DNA of 62,743 bases, the filler included, from Candidatus Fermentibacterota bacterium (lineage in GTDB: Bacteria > JAFGKV01), in the NCBI GenBank assembly GCA_016928395.1. It is 5 parts of 5 records of this genome, joined end to end, with 100 filler letters (N's around TTAATTAATTAA, not from the genome) between each part and the next. Parts side by side here need not be neighbours in the genome. Positions count along the whole stretch, not along the records: positions 21,455 to 38,591 come from JAFGKV010000079.1; 4 more parts are not named here. One strand, written 5' to 3'. Shown here piece after piece: positions 28,236 through 37,100 of this stretch (within the stretch, counting starts at the first letter, position 1; each line of letters starts with the position of its first letter). Under the pieces are notes generated by a model. The model worked only from the letters and a program-made list of their open reading frames with translations, ran no database searches and had not been told where the DNA came from. The position numbers and the translations under genes were made by a program.

Positions 28236-29423
28236 ATGATGAAACACAAGCATACAGCCCTGGCGATTGTCGTGTCGTTGCTGCTGGCAACGGGTATCGT
28301 GTCGGCGCAGGTGCTGACCAGAGATGTTTTCGTGCGGCTCAACCAGATCATCTCGGCGGGCTATCCAAAGATGACAGCGTACGTATCTGTTACGGACGAA
28401 AACGGGAGACCGGCCGAGGTCCGGCCGGAGCAGTTTGCCGCCTATGTCGACGATGTCAAAGTAAGAGGGCCGATAAGCGTAAAAGCCGCGAGCCTCTCCA
28501 CCGAAGGTACCGCCTATGCGGTCATCATCTCGGCAAACGGGATGAACAGCGGTCCTCCGCTGTTCAATCAACAGTTTGCGACCAAGAAGCTTCTGGATGC
28601 CTTGAGCCCCAGTGATGTGGTTTCCGTGTTCTTTCACGGCAGCGAGGTCAAGGCCGTATTCGAGTACCAGCCAATGGAGGAGCAAAAGGGACCGCTGCGG
28701 GCCGTCATCGACAAGGAGATCGAGGCCAAAGGCTCGCAGCCCCAGATTTACGACGCAGTGGTCAAGGCGGCCGGAAACCTGGAGAAGTCCAACAAGACCA
28801 GAAAGGTCATCGTCTTGATGTCCGACGGAAGGGATGCGAAGAGCAACTACACTCAGGAGGAAATGTTCCAAATCATCGAGAAGGTGAATATCCCGGTGTA
28901 CTGCATCGGCTTCACGGCCTTCGGAGAGGGTAGTCTGGACATCCTGGAGACAATCGCGCGATACACCGGAGGGCTCTACACGCTGGCGCGGGATGTCAAG
29001 GACATTCCCGACGCCATGATGAAGATCTACGACCAGATCAACAGAGTGTTCGTGCTGTCGTTCAAAGACAACAAGCTCTTCTTCGCCGGCGACGACAAAC
29101 CCCACCTGCTCAAGATCACGGTCGAAGATCACTCTGGAACCGTTCATTCGTACGACCGGAAATTCGTCGCGGTGAGCGCTCCGGTGCCGATCTGGCTGAT
29201 TGCGGTGGCAGCGCTGGCGTGTCTGCTGATCGTGGCGCTCGTCGTGTTCCTGTTCATACTGCGCCGCAGGGCGGTTCGCAGGACGATCGGGATATCGAAC
29301 AGGAAGTGCGAGGTGTGTGGGAGACGGATGAAGGACGATTGGGACGCGTGCCTGTTCTGCAAGTGGCTGCCGCCGCCGGCTGCGAAGAAGAAGCCGGAGC
29401 TGAGCGAGGCCCCCAAGCCGTGA
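28236..29423 (+). CDS. membrane-anchored vWA domain protein with C-terminal zinc ribbon
   Basis: Start ATG 28236 after GAGGAG; signal peptide, IYDAV, VIVLMSDGRD, VYCIGF, IARYTGG, TM helix, RRR, CEVC...CLFC. Confidence 0.82.
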   Translation: MMKHKHTALAIVVSLLLATGIVSAQVLTRDVFVRLNQIISAGYPKMTAYVSVTDENGRPAEVRPEQFAAYVDDVKVRGPISVKAASLSTEGTAYAVIISANGMNSGPPLFNQQFATKKLLDALSPSDVVSVFFHGSEVKAVFEYQPMEEQKGPLRAVIDKEIEAKGSQPQIYDAVVKAAGNLEKSNKTRKVIVLMSDGRDAKSNYTQEEMFQIIEKVNIPVYCIGFTAFGEGSLDILETIARYTGGLYTLARDVKDIPDAMMKIYDQINRVFVLSFKDNKLFFAGDDKPHLLKITVEDHSGTVHSYDRKFVAVSAPVPIWLIAVAALACLLIVALVVFLFILRRRAVRRTIGISNRKCEVCGRRMKDDWDACLFCKWLPPPAAKKKPELSEAPKP

Positions 29424-29818
29424 ACAGGGATTTCCAGTTCATCCTGCCCGTCGGACTCTTGAGCGAAGACGGCAAGCTGCACAGGACCGGTAGGATGAGG
29501 CTTGCTACCGCGCTGGACGAGATCGAGATTCACTCCGATGAGAGAATGCTCTCGTCGGAGCGCTACCACGACATTCTCCTCTTTTCCCGGGTCATCAGCG
29601 CAATCGGCGACCTCTCCCCGGTTACCGCCGAGCTCATCGAGGGGCTTTTCGAGGTGGATTTTCGCTACCTGCAGAGCCTGTACATGGAGAGGAACGGGCA
29701 GTTGCCGTACGAAATCGAGTCCACCTGTCCGCAATGCCAAGGCCGCAACAGAGTCAATCTCGCCGAGGTCTATTCCAACCTGGAGTTCTATTTTGCGAAG
29801 GACGCGAAGAGTCCGTAG
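29420..29818 (+). CDS. CIS tail assembly chaperone-like protein, paralog 1
   Basis: GTG overlapping previous stop; FILPVG..DGKLHRTGRMRLATALDEI, SRVI, DFRYLQ.LY, CPQC. Confidence 0.75.
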   Translation: MNRDFQFILPVGLLSEDGKLHRTGRMRLATALDEIEIHSDERMLSSERYHDILLFSRVISAIGDLSPVTAELIEGLFEVDFRYLQSLYMERNGQLPYEIESTCPQCQGRNRVNLAEVYSNLEFYFAKDAKSP

Positions 29819-29827
29819 GAACGGGTC

Positions 29828-30193
29828 ATGAAAATTAGAACCGAGTTCAGTTTTGTGTTGCCCCGGGGACTCGAGGATGAGCCCGAAGGCAGAACCGTGG
29901 GGTCCATGCGACTCGCCCGAGTAGGAGACATTCTCCAGATCTACAATGACGCCCGAGTGAAGGAGCTGCCATCGTACTTCTATGTCGTGTTGATGAGCCG
30001 CGTGGTAACCAGGCTGGGCAAGCACCGAATGGTGAACGCCCGAATCATCGAAGGCCTGCACCCGGAGGACTTCGCCTTTCTCGTAGATTTTTTCAACGAG
30101 GTCAACCACAAGGTCATCTCGATGCTGCCGATCGAGTGCTCTCACTGTGGCAATCGATACGTGGGGGAGGTAAGCCTGGTGGGGGAACTCTAG
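29828..30193 (+). CDS. CIS tail assembly chaperone-like protein, paralog 2
   Basis: TEFSFVLPRG, MRLARVGD, SRVVTRLG, DFAFL, CSHC, ends VGEL. Confidence 0.75.
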   Translation: MKIRTEFSFVLPRGLEDEPEGRTVGSMRLARVGDILQIYNDARVKELPSYFYVVLMSRVVTRLGKHRMVNARIIEGLHPEDFAFLVDFFNEVNHKVISMLPIECSHCGNRYVGEVSLVGEL

Positions 30194-30375
30194 GCTACCT
30201 CCCGGAGAGGATCTACCGGGAGGTAGCCTATATCGCTTATCACTTTCACTGGCCGAGACCAGACATCATGAGCATGACTCACAAGGAACGGCAGCGCTGG
30301 GTGAAGGAGATTGCCTGCATCAACAACCGGATGAACAACCCGGGTCGGGAGGGGGATGCCGGTGAGCCCGTATAG
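30181..30375 (+). CDS. DUF6760-like domain, probably reached by -1 frameshift from the chaperone gene
   Basis: EVAYIAYHFHW..IMSM.H.ER.RWV.EI..IN; no nearby start codon; GGGGGAA at 30181-30187. Confidence 0.72.
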   Translation, partial: GGTLGYLPERIYREVAYIAYHFHWPRPDIMSMTHKERQRWVKEIACINNRMNNPGREGDAGEPV

Positions 30376-30420
30376 CGAGGTGGTCCTGCGCCTGCCGGTG
30401 GCTGGCAGGGACCGGCGACC

Positions 30421-33400
30421 ATGGTAGGGCTGAAATACTTCAAGAGCGGCTTCTACCAGGAGAGGTGCAGGGCAATCACGGCGGCGGTGGAGGAATACGC
30501 TCAGGCGCGGGCGAAGCCCGACGAAAGCCGCGACGAGCTGGCCGCGAGAAGAAGCGAGGTCGAGCGGCTGCTCGCCCGTATGGCGGTCGAGAGCGGTCTG
30601 AGAGAGGAAGAGGAAAGCTTCCTGGCCGTAGACGGAGAGTTCTTTCCGGAGTCCGGCGAGCTGGACCGAAAGAGGCTGTACAGCTTCGTCAGGGCGATTC
30701 TGTACGGCTACGCGCTGCAGGAGCTCAAGTGGATGTTTGCCGGCACCACCGTCTGCCTGACACCCATAACCCGCCGGACTCTGGCCGAGGCCGGTATCCG
30801 TTACGAGGATCTTCTGCCGCTGGAGCTCCAGCGCAGAAGGCGGAGGGACCTTCAGCTGCGCCACGCGAGCACCCACCCGAACAGGGACACGATGTTTGTG
30901 TATCCCGACGGCAGGATGCGGGGCATCTACCTCCCCGAGGCGGCACGCGTGAGCTACGCGGAACTGGAGGACAGGTCGGGATTCGACTGGCGTTCCGGCT
31001 ACTCTCCTGGGAGATGGATCAGGAGAGAGAAGTGGCTGGCTGGATTCAACGAGCGGGGGGAGTGGGAGAGAATCGACTTCGACAGGGACCTGCCCCTGGT
31101 GAGGCAGCTGCCGGCCGACGACTTGCTGCGCTTCTTCACCGATCGTCTCGAGATCGGCGCTGAGGAGCTGTACTTCATAGCCGTGCCCTTCCTGGATGAA
31201 GCTCTGCTGTTTGACACGCGATCCAGACTGATGAGCGAGGATGAGCGACGATACTACTCGGTGACCGGAGAGCTGTACGCGGTACGAACCGTCGACCGGC
31301 AGGGATCGATCGAAGCGGTCAGGAGCCAGCTCAAGCGCATGGGCGTGGAGAAGCTGACGGGCATCGTTGCCGGCGACGACCTCGAAGCGACGCAAACCTA
31401 CTACAGGCGCGCTTTTGCGGACCTGATGACAACCGCGACCCGGGTATACTCCCGAACGGATCGAGAGCTGGGAGAGAAACTGACCCGCCTGCGGGATGAG
31501 GCGGCTGCCAGGGATATCAGCAGGGGCGTGGTCGTACGATTCTTCCAGCTGGTTCGGGAAGGCAGAACGGCCCAAGAGGTGTACGATGGGCTCACCCCGA
31601 GCGCGGTCAAGCCGGAGTACGAGGTGAGCCTGAGGCTTTTCGCCAACGCTCAGGATCTGGAGCTGTTTCTGGCCTTGCCGGAGATTGACGCCCTTCTCGA
31701 CGAGGAGGCGATACAGCTCATCAAGAGCATCGAGGTCCCGGAAGGGAGTAGAGATCTCTATTCGAATGCCCTCCAGAATCTCCTGCTGAACTTCGACTCC
31801 GTGTTGCGGGGCAGCGGAATCTCTCCCACGGAGGTGATTCGTCTGGCTCACCAGGTGCTGGTCGAAGGCGAGTCCGAGGAGGCCAGGAGAATCTCCATCG
31901 TCGGCGAAAAACCGCTGCAGGATATTCTCCGGGCTGCTACGCCGCGGGCGGCGCGAGTGGCCGTCCCGGCGTTTCGGCTCGTTACCCCGGGCCCTGGGGG
32001 CTACTTCGACGTCTTCGACGGCGCGCAATTCGACCGTTGGGCCGAGAGCGCTGCGGGGATGCAGATACCGAGGCGCTACATTCCCGCCATCAGGCAGATG
32101 ATCGTCGAAGCGGATATCCCCGGGGCCAGGAGAGAGGACTACTCCCGGGGGATTCAACGAACCATGACGCTCTACCGGGAGATAGCGCAGAGCACGAACC
32201 TCAATCCGGTCGAGATACTCGAGATCTTCAACGAGATATTCCTGGAGGGGGCAAGCAGGAAGGCGGCGGCACAAGCGGGCGTGTACGTGGCGAGGTCCCT
32301 GGAAACGCTGGTTCGGGAAGCCTCCGAAGGCAACAGCAACAGGGTCAGGCGACTCATTCGGGATATCTACTCGGTCCTTCCTCCGGGTGAGCCGACAGTG
32401 GATCTGTTGAGCGAGCTTGGCCTGCAGCTGTTCCGACAGTCGGCTTTCTATCGCGAGCTCGGCATTTCCGAATTCGAATCCAAAGAGCTCCTCGGAGTGC
32501 TGAAGTCCATCCGCCTCCCACTGGAGCGATCGGAGGAGTTCGCGGGCGCCGTGGTGCGGATCCTGAGCGAACATGCGGAACAGCTGAGAGACCAGGGGGT
32601 GTCGATCTCCGAAGCGGTCGAGGCCTTGGCGTCTACACTGGCAGGGCGGGAGCGAGAGCTATCCCCTGAACTCAAACGGCTCCTCTACGCCGCGATCGGT
32701 GAGCCGGCGGGTCCGCCGGACGCCGGAGTTCCGCTCCAGCTCAACCTGTTCCAGGGAAAGGGCTTCCAGGAGCTGGCGGCGGGAAAGGAGTTCCGCGAGC
32801 TTGGGCTCGAAGAGAGACGCTTTGCGGAATTGCTCGAGCTACATCGCGGGAGCTATCGCGGCGCAGAGCGTCGGTATGTCGGCAGAGTTCCTCTTCGCCT
32901 GAGGAGCGAACGGGGCAGCGAGGATTTTCCTCTCGCACTCGGCCTCACCGAGGGGGGGCGGCGCATCCATGACGTCGGCTGGGTCGTCGATTTCCGTGCT
33001 GGGAGACCGGCGGCAATTGGATACACAGAATTGGGGTGGCAGGTGATCCCGGAGGACGTGAAGCAGGAGATCAGCAGGATCTTTCGAGGAGCCCTCGGTG
33101 CAGAGCGGCCGCGGGCGATGGCGGTGCCGGGGCGCCTGACCCGAACCGAGGAGCTCCTGGTCGAGCCGCACCAGAAACCCGCCGCGGAAGAGCTCCTCTT
33201 TGTTCCTCGGGTGTCGGTGGTCCAGCTCGAGGCGGCTCCCGAGATGGTGAAACCCGAGGAGCTGGAACTTGCGAGTCCGTTTGCCGCCCTCAGAGCACGC
33301 CTCGAGGAACTGCGTGTCCAGGCAGCGGGTCCAGCGAGAGCCGTGCCCGAAGCGTCGACTGCGAAGGCTGCGCGGCCCCAGGCCGAAGGGGCCCGTGCGG

Positions 33401-33693
33401 GAGCCGTTTCGATTCGGAAACGAAGACAGCCGATTGTGCCTGCGGCAGCCACTACGGGAGATACGGTCGAGCGGCACTATCGTGAAGACAAGGAGAAGCT
33501 GGCCGAAGTCAAGAAGAGGAGGGCTTCCGAAACACAGGCGCGCCTGCACCGCGAGCAGGTTCAGCGTACCGCGGACGACCTGTTTGCGCGGGTTGTCGAA
33601 AGGCTGGAGAGCCCGGCGCATGCTGCCCAGGCTCCGGAGGCAAGGGATGAGCTCTTCGACAGGCTCATCGAGCGGATAGGCGGTGATCTGTGA
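30421..33693 (+). CDS. large hypothetical protein (1090 aa) in CIS operon
   Basis: Long ORF with coding-like codon use, E/R/L-rich helical composition, co-oriented and overlapping next gene; no family recognised. Confidence 0.7.
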   Translation: MVGLKYFKSGFYQERCRAITAAVEEYAQARAKPDESRDELAARRSEVERLLARMAVESGLREEEESFLAVDGEFFPESGELDRKRLYSFVRAILYGYALQELKWMFAGTTVCLTPITRRTLAEAGIRYEDLLPLELQRRRRRDLQLRHASTHPNRDTMFVYPDGRMRGIYLPEAARVSYAELEDRSGFDWRSGYSPGRWIRREKWLAGFNERGEWERIDFDRDLPLVRQLPADDLLRFFTDRLEIGAEELYFIAVPFLDEALLFDTRSRLMSEDERRYYSVTGELYAVRTVDRQGSIEAVRSQLKRMGVEKLTGIVAGDDLEATQTYYRRAFADLMTTATRVYSRTDRELGEKLTRLRDEAAARDISRGVVVRFFQLVREGRTAQEVYDGLTPSAVKPEYEVSLRLFANAQDLELFLALPEIDALLDEEAIQLIKSIEVPEGSRDLYSNALQNLLLNFDSVLRGSGISPTEVIRLAHQVLVEGESEEARRISIVGEKPLQDILRAATPRAARVAVPAFRLVTPGPGGYFDVFDGAQFDRWAESAAGMQIPRRYIPAIRQMIVEADIPGARREDYSRGIQRTMTLYREIAQSTNLNPVEILEIFNEIFLEGASRKAAAQAGVYVARSLETLVREASEGNSNRVRRLIRDIYSVLPPGEPTVDLLSELGLQLFRQSAFYRELGISEFESKELLGVLKSIRLPLERSEEFAGAVVRILSEHAEQLRDQGVSISEAVEALASTLAGRERELSPELKRLLYAAIGEPAGPPDAGVPLQLNLFQGKGFQELAAGKEFRELGLEERRFAELLELHRGSYRGAERRYVGRVPLRLRSERGSEDFPLALGLTEGGRRIHDVGWVVDFRAGRPAAIGYTELGWQVIPEDVKQEISRIFRGALGAERPRAMAVPGRLTRTEELLVEPHQKPAAEELLFVPRVSVVQLEAAPEMVKPEELELASPFAALRARLEELRVQAAGPARAVPEASTAKAARPQAEGARAGAVSIRKRRQPIVPAAATTGDTVERHYREDKEKLAEVKKRRASETQARLHREQVQRTADDLFARVVERLESPAHAAQAPEARDELFDRLIERIGGDL

Positions 33694-33899
33694 AGGAGGC
33701 TGCCGGCGAGGCGCCCCGGCAGGAGTACTTCCTCGCCGACGGAGAGCGCATCTATCTCGGAGAAGAGGAGATCGAGGAGATCCTGGGGATTCTCGAGGAG
33801 CGCGTGGCGGAATGGCTGGCCCAGAAGAAGGATGAACTGACCGAAGAGGAATATCACCAGATAGTCATTCGATTCCTGGAGATGGTGAAGCTCGGCTAG
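33690..33899 (+). CDS. small acidic hypothetical protein
   Basis: GTGA overlap with previous stop; fills the gap to the next gene. Confidence 0.6.
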   Translation: MKEAAGEAPRQEYFLADGERIYLGEEEIEEILGILEERVAEWLAQKKDELTEEEYHQIVIRFLEMVKLG

Positions 33900-33913
33900 C
33901 TGTGGAGGATACC

Positions 33914-34432
33914 GTGACCAGAATAGCGTCTTTCGTGCTGCTGTTGCTCGTTTTGGCCCTCGCGAGCATGCTTGTCTCCTGCCTGTCCAAGCCGCTGCTC
34001 CTGGCGCAGGTGCAAGAGCCGGTCGTCGAGCCGGAGCCGGAGCCCGAGCCTCCGGCGCCCGTGCCTCCGCCGCCGGAGCCTCCGCCGCCGGAGCCTCCAG
34101 CGCCGGAGCCGCCTAAGCCCGAGCCCAAGCCCGAGCCGGAACCCGAGCCACCCATACCGCCCATCACCGGTACCATCGTCGAGATCGGCTCGACCGCCGG
34201 AAGACAGACGACCATATACATACGCGGCCTGAGTTCCGTGAAGAGCTTGAGAAGGGGCCTCAAGGGATACATCTACGCCGACCGGAACATGACGGAGAGA
34301 ATCGGCAGGTTCGAGCTCACCGACCTCTATGGCGACGGAGCGGCCAGGGGTTCGATCCTGAACACGGAGACGACGATCGTGGAGGGCGCGGTGGTCAAGG
34401 TCGAGATCGATCCGCGCTATCTCATCGAATAG
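33914..34432 (+). CDS. lipoprotein with Pro/Glu-rich linker and small C-terminal beta domain
   Basis: GTG after GGAGG; hydrophobic signal with LVSC lipobox; PEPEP/PPPPE/PKPEP repeats at about 34015-34165. Confidence 0.72.
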   Translation: MTRIASFVLLLLVLALASMLVSCLSKPLLLAQVQEPVVEPEPEPEPPAPVPPPPEPPPPEPPAPEPPKPEPKPEPEPEPPIPPITGTIVEIGSTAGRQTTIYIRGLSSVKSLRRGLKGYIYADRNMTERIGRFELTDLYGDGAARGSILNTETTIVEGAVVKVEIDPRYLIE

Positions 34433-34453
34433 TCACCTGTCAAGGAAGAGAAA

Positions 34454-36211
34454 ATGAGGAAATTGTGGATTCTGGTCACAGGCATTCTGATCGCGTGTGC
34501 CGCCTTTGCCTGGGCGAAAGGAAAGGTGGAGCTCAAAGCCCCCGAAGCGCCCAAGGTGGAAGCGCCCAAGCTGGAGGCGCCCAAGCTGGAGGCGCCCAAG
34601 ATCCCTCTGGAGGGTATCGAGTTCCCGACGGGTGCTCCCGGCGAAGCGGGGGCAACGGGGCCCATCATCGTGGCGATGGTACCCTTCGGCTATACGGCGG
34701 GGGTGGGATCGGAGAAGGCGATTCAGGCTGCCAACGAGGTCGCGGTGGCGCTGCAGTCGACTGGGCGATTGCAGCCGATGAGTCTGAAAGACTGGATGGA
34801 TATCAATTTCAAGAACGACAAGGCGGCCAACATGCGAGAGCTGCTGGACAGAGCCGCCGAGGTCAACCTGCCGATCCACTTCGTGTGTACCGGAAACCTC
34901 TTCCTCTCTGGAGACAGCTACGGCTTGATGGTGTCGCTGTACCCACTCGATCGAGCTCGACCGGCCAGTCACTATTTCCGCTCCACTTCGAGCTTCCATA
35001 GCCTCGACACCATCGCCAAGGAGATCGTTCGGGAGATGCCCCTGCGCGCCTTTCGTCCGGCCGCGACGGTAGTCTCCGAGAAGATCTTCGTGGGGGAGAT
35101 CGGGCTGAGTTTCTCCCTTGTTGATGAAGCCACCCAGAAAGAGACCGAGCTGGATTTTGCCGCCTGCGAGGGGGTTCAGTACTACAGGGAGGACCGGTTC
35201 CTGGCAGATCTTCTTCACTACAACCTCTATGCATCCGGGATCATGGCTACGGGGGTCGGTGGACAGAAGGGCTATTTCGAAGGCAAGCCGACTGCCGACA
35301 GCGCCTATGTCATTTCTGGGCAGCTGAAGATCCGAAAGAAGGACGTGGCCGATGACCGGAATGCAGAGAAGATCATGTCCGTCACCGTCGCAGAAGCCTC
35401 CGATCCATCCAGGGTGGTTTTCTCTAACCAGTACGCTCTCGACCGACTCGGGCTGGAATCTCTGTACGACAGCTCGAGGATGTGGGCGAAAGATATCCTG
35501 CTTTCGATTCTCGAACCGGAACAGAGGAGAGGTGTCGGAGAGGTGGACATCCCTTCGTTCTATGGGAACGAAGGGATCTACCTGGATGACTTCTACCTCG
35601 GCAGGGGGAATCAGGCCAACCTGGTGGTCTCCGCCGGACGCTCGGTGGTCAAGACCTACCACACGAACAAATGGCAGAAAGAAAGGGTGATCAGCATATC
35701 TCCGTACGGGAGCAACGAGGTGTCCGGTGACCGGCTGCTGGTCGGAGCATTCTATGCCCAGGGCCTGCAGACCTCCCTGCCGGCATTGCTCTTCGGCGGA
35801 GGTTTTTCGTTTGCACTGGACCGGAGGACCCACGAGCTGACCGTCACGGTGTCTGAGAGCTACGGAAAGCTCAATGCGGACCAGTTCTCTCTCGTTACTC
35901 GCGTGGGATTGGCGCCCGCCATCCTGTTCCTGCCTGACGACTCGGCGGTCAGGCTCTACGGCGGCCTGGGAGTGTTTGCGGCATTCTGGACGGACGCGGT
36001 GGCATCCCAGTGGGCCAGCTTCTTTTCGCTGGGGTTGTTCCCCGAGGGCGGTGTCACGTACACCATTGCTCGCTTTCGGGTGAGAGTCGGGCTGGGGTAT
36101 GACTTCGACCTCGTGCGGTACGTTACCGCGGCGCAGCCCGCGGCGAGCGCCGCGGGACAGGATCTCAGCGGGTTGGCAGGGCGGCTGAGCTTTGCCTATT
36201 TTCTGAAGTGA
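34454..36211 (+). CDS. secreted multidomain protein with probable C-terminal outer-membrane beta-barrel
   Basis: Signal peptide, EAPK(V/L) repeats, C-terminal amphipathic strands (RLYGGLG, RVRVGLGYDFD, GRLSFAYF). Confidence 0.6.
   Translation: MRKLWILVTGILIACAAFAWAKGKVELKAPEAPKVEAPKLEAPKLEAPKIPLEGIEFPTGAPGEAGATGPIIVAMVPFGYTAGVGSEKAIQAANEVAVALQSTGRLQPMSLKDWMDINFKNDKAANMRELLDRAAEVNLPIHFVCTGNLFLSGDSYGLMVSLYPLDRARPASHYFRSTSSFHSLDTIAKEIVREMPLRAFRPAATVVSEKIFVGEIGLSFSLVDEATQKETELDFAACEGVQYYREDRFLADLLHYNLYASGIMATGVGGQKGYFEGKPTADSAYVISGQLKIRKKDVADDRNAEKIMSVTVAEASDPSRVVFSNQYALDRLGLESLYDSSRMWAKDILLSILEPEQRRGVGEVDIPSFYGNEGIYLDDFYLGRGNQANLVVSAGRSVVKTYHTNKWQKERVISISPYGSNEVSGDRLLVGAFYAQGLQTSLPALLFGGGFSFALDRRTHELTVTVSESYGKLNADQFSLVTRVGLAPAILFLPDDSAVRLYGGLGVFAAFWTDAVASQWASFFSLGLFPEGGVTYTIARFRVRVGLGYDFDLVRYVTAAQPAASAAGQDLSGLAGRLSFAYFLK
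34544..34603 (+). repeat. 15-bp coding tandem repeat x4 (EAPKx)
   Basis: GAAGCGCCCAAGGTG / GAAGCGCCCAAGCTG / GAGGCGCCCAAGCTG / GAGGCGCCCAAGATC. Confidence 0.9.
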
Positions 36212-36236
36212 TGCGCCGGGGGTGATGTCCCAGGAA

Positions 36237-37100
36237 TCAGAATCCGCTGGCCGGGCTCAGGACGTACGGTCTTTCGATTCTCACCCGTCCTGATAGACAC
36301 ACGTGATCCCCGTCGAGGGTGACCTCATGTACACCCCCATCCGAGACAAAGGAGAAGGCCCTCCGATCGGCATCGCCCAACAGGATCAGAAGCTGGGCGG
36401 CCGCTATCGAGCCGGTGCCGCACGACCCGGTAAAAGCGTTCAGTCCCCTCTCGAAGGTGCGTATCCTGAAGGGGGCGCGCGTCGTTAGAATGCTGAAGTT
36501 GGTGCCGCGCGGAAAGATCCTTGCATCCGTTACTATTCCTTCGTATTCGCGCAGATCCAATTGAGGCATGTCCCGCACGAGCAGGAAAAGGTGAGGCTCA
36601 CCGCTGTTCACGAAATACAGCGTGTGGTGGTGATGCGTGAAGCGGAGCACCTGTTCGCGGCTTTGCGCGTAGGAGGCTGCCGGACCGACGAAGCGGGCGG
36701 GATCCTCCAGCCTGCCGAAACCCGCGGTGACCCGGTTGCGATGCACGGTCGCCCGGTGAATCTTGGAGCCCATTTCAATCGCCCAGCTTCGCGATCGATG
36801 CGCCCGCGCGAGATGGTAGGCGACGCACAAGATACCGTTCCCGCACAGGTCTGATTCGGTCCCATCTTTCTCGAACAGCCGGACGCGCACGTCGGCCCGG
36901 TTGGACTTTTCCAGTAGGAGCAGACCATCGGACTTCACCTGTCTGGCAATGGACGGCACCGCAAGGGCAGCGATGTCCTCCTCTGCCACGAGGCCGAACG
37001 AGTTGCCCTGACAGCTGTAGGCGGGCACCGGCAACAGGCCGACGGTCCTACCTCCCGTAGATTTCGTCGGCTCTGTTGAGAACGCTCTCGGGAACCGCAT
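36237..37100 (-). CDS. diaminopimelate epimerase-like protein (start probably nearer 37030)
   Basis: GNSF, LCGNG, NSGEPH, RTFERG, SCGTGS; both catalytic cysteines present. Confidence 0.82.
   Translation of the reverse strand: MRFPRAFSTEPTKSTGGRTVGLLPVPAYSCQGNSFGLVAEEDIAALAVPSIARQVKSDGLLLLEKSNRADVRVRLFEKDGTESDLCGNGILCVAYHLARAHRSRSWAIEMGSKIHRATVHRNRVTAGFGRLEDPARFVGPAASYAQSREQVLRFTHHHHTLYFVNSGEPHLFLLVRDMPQLDLREYEGIVTDARIFPRGTNFSILTTRAPFRIRTFERGLNAFTGSCGTGSIAAAQLLILLGDADRRAFSFVSDGGVHEVTLDGDHVCLSGRVRIERPYVLSPASGF

Noticed and set aside
21494-33693. Prophage tail module or canonical T6SS
   Set aside because: No head, packaging, lysis or TssJ/K/L/M genes visible; gene types match eCIS-like loci, though the upstream part is unseen.
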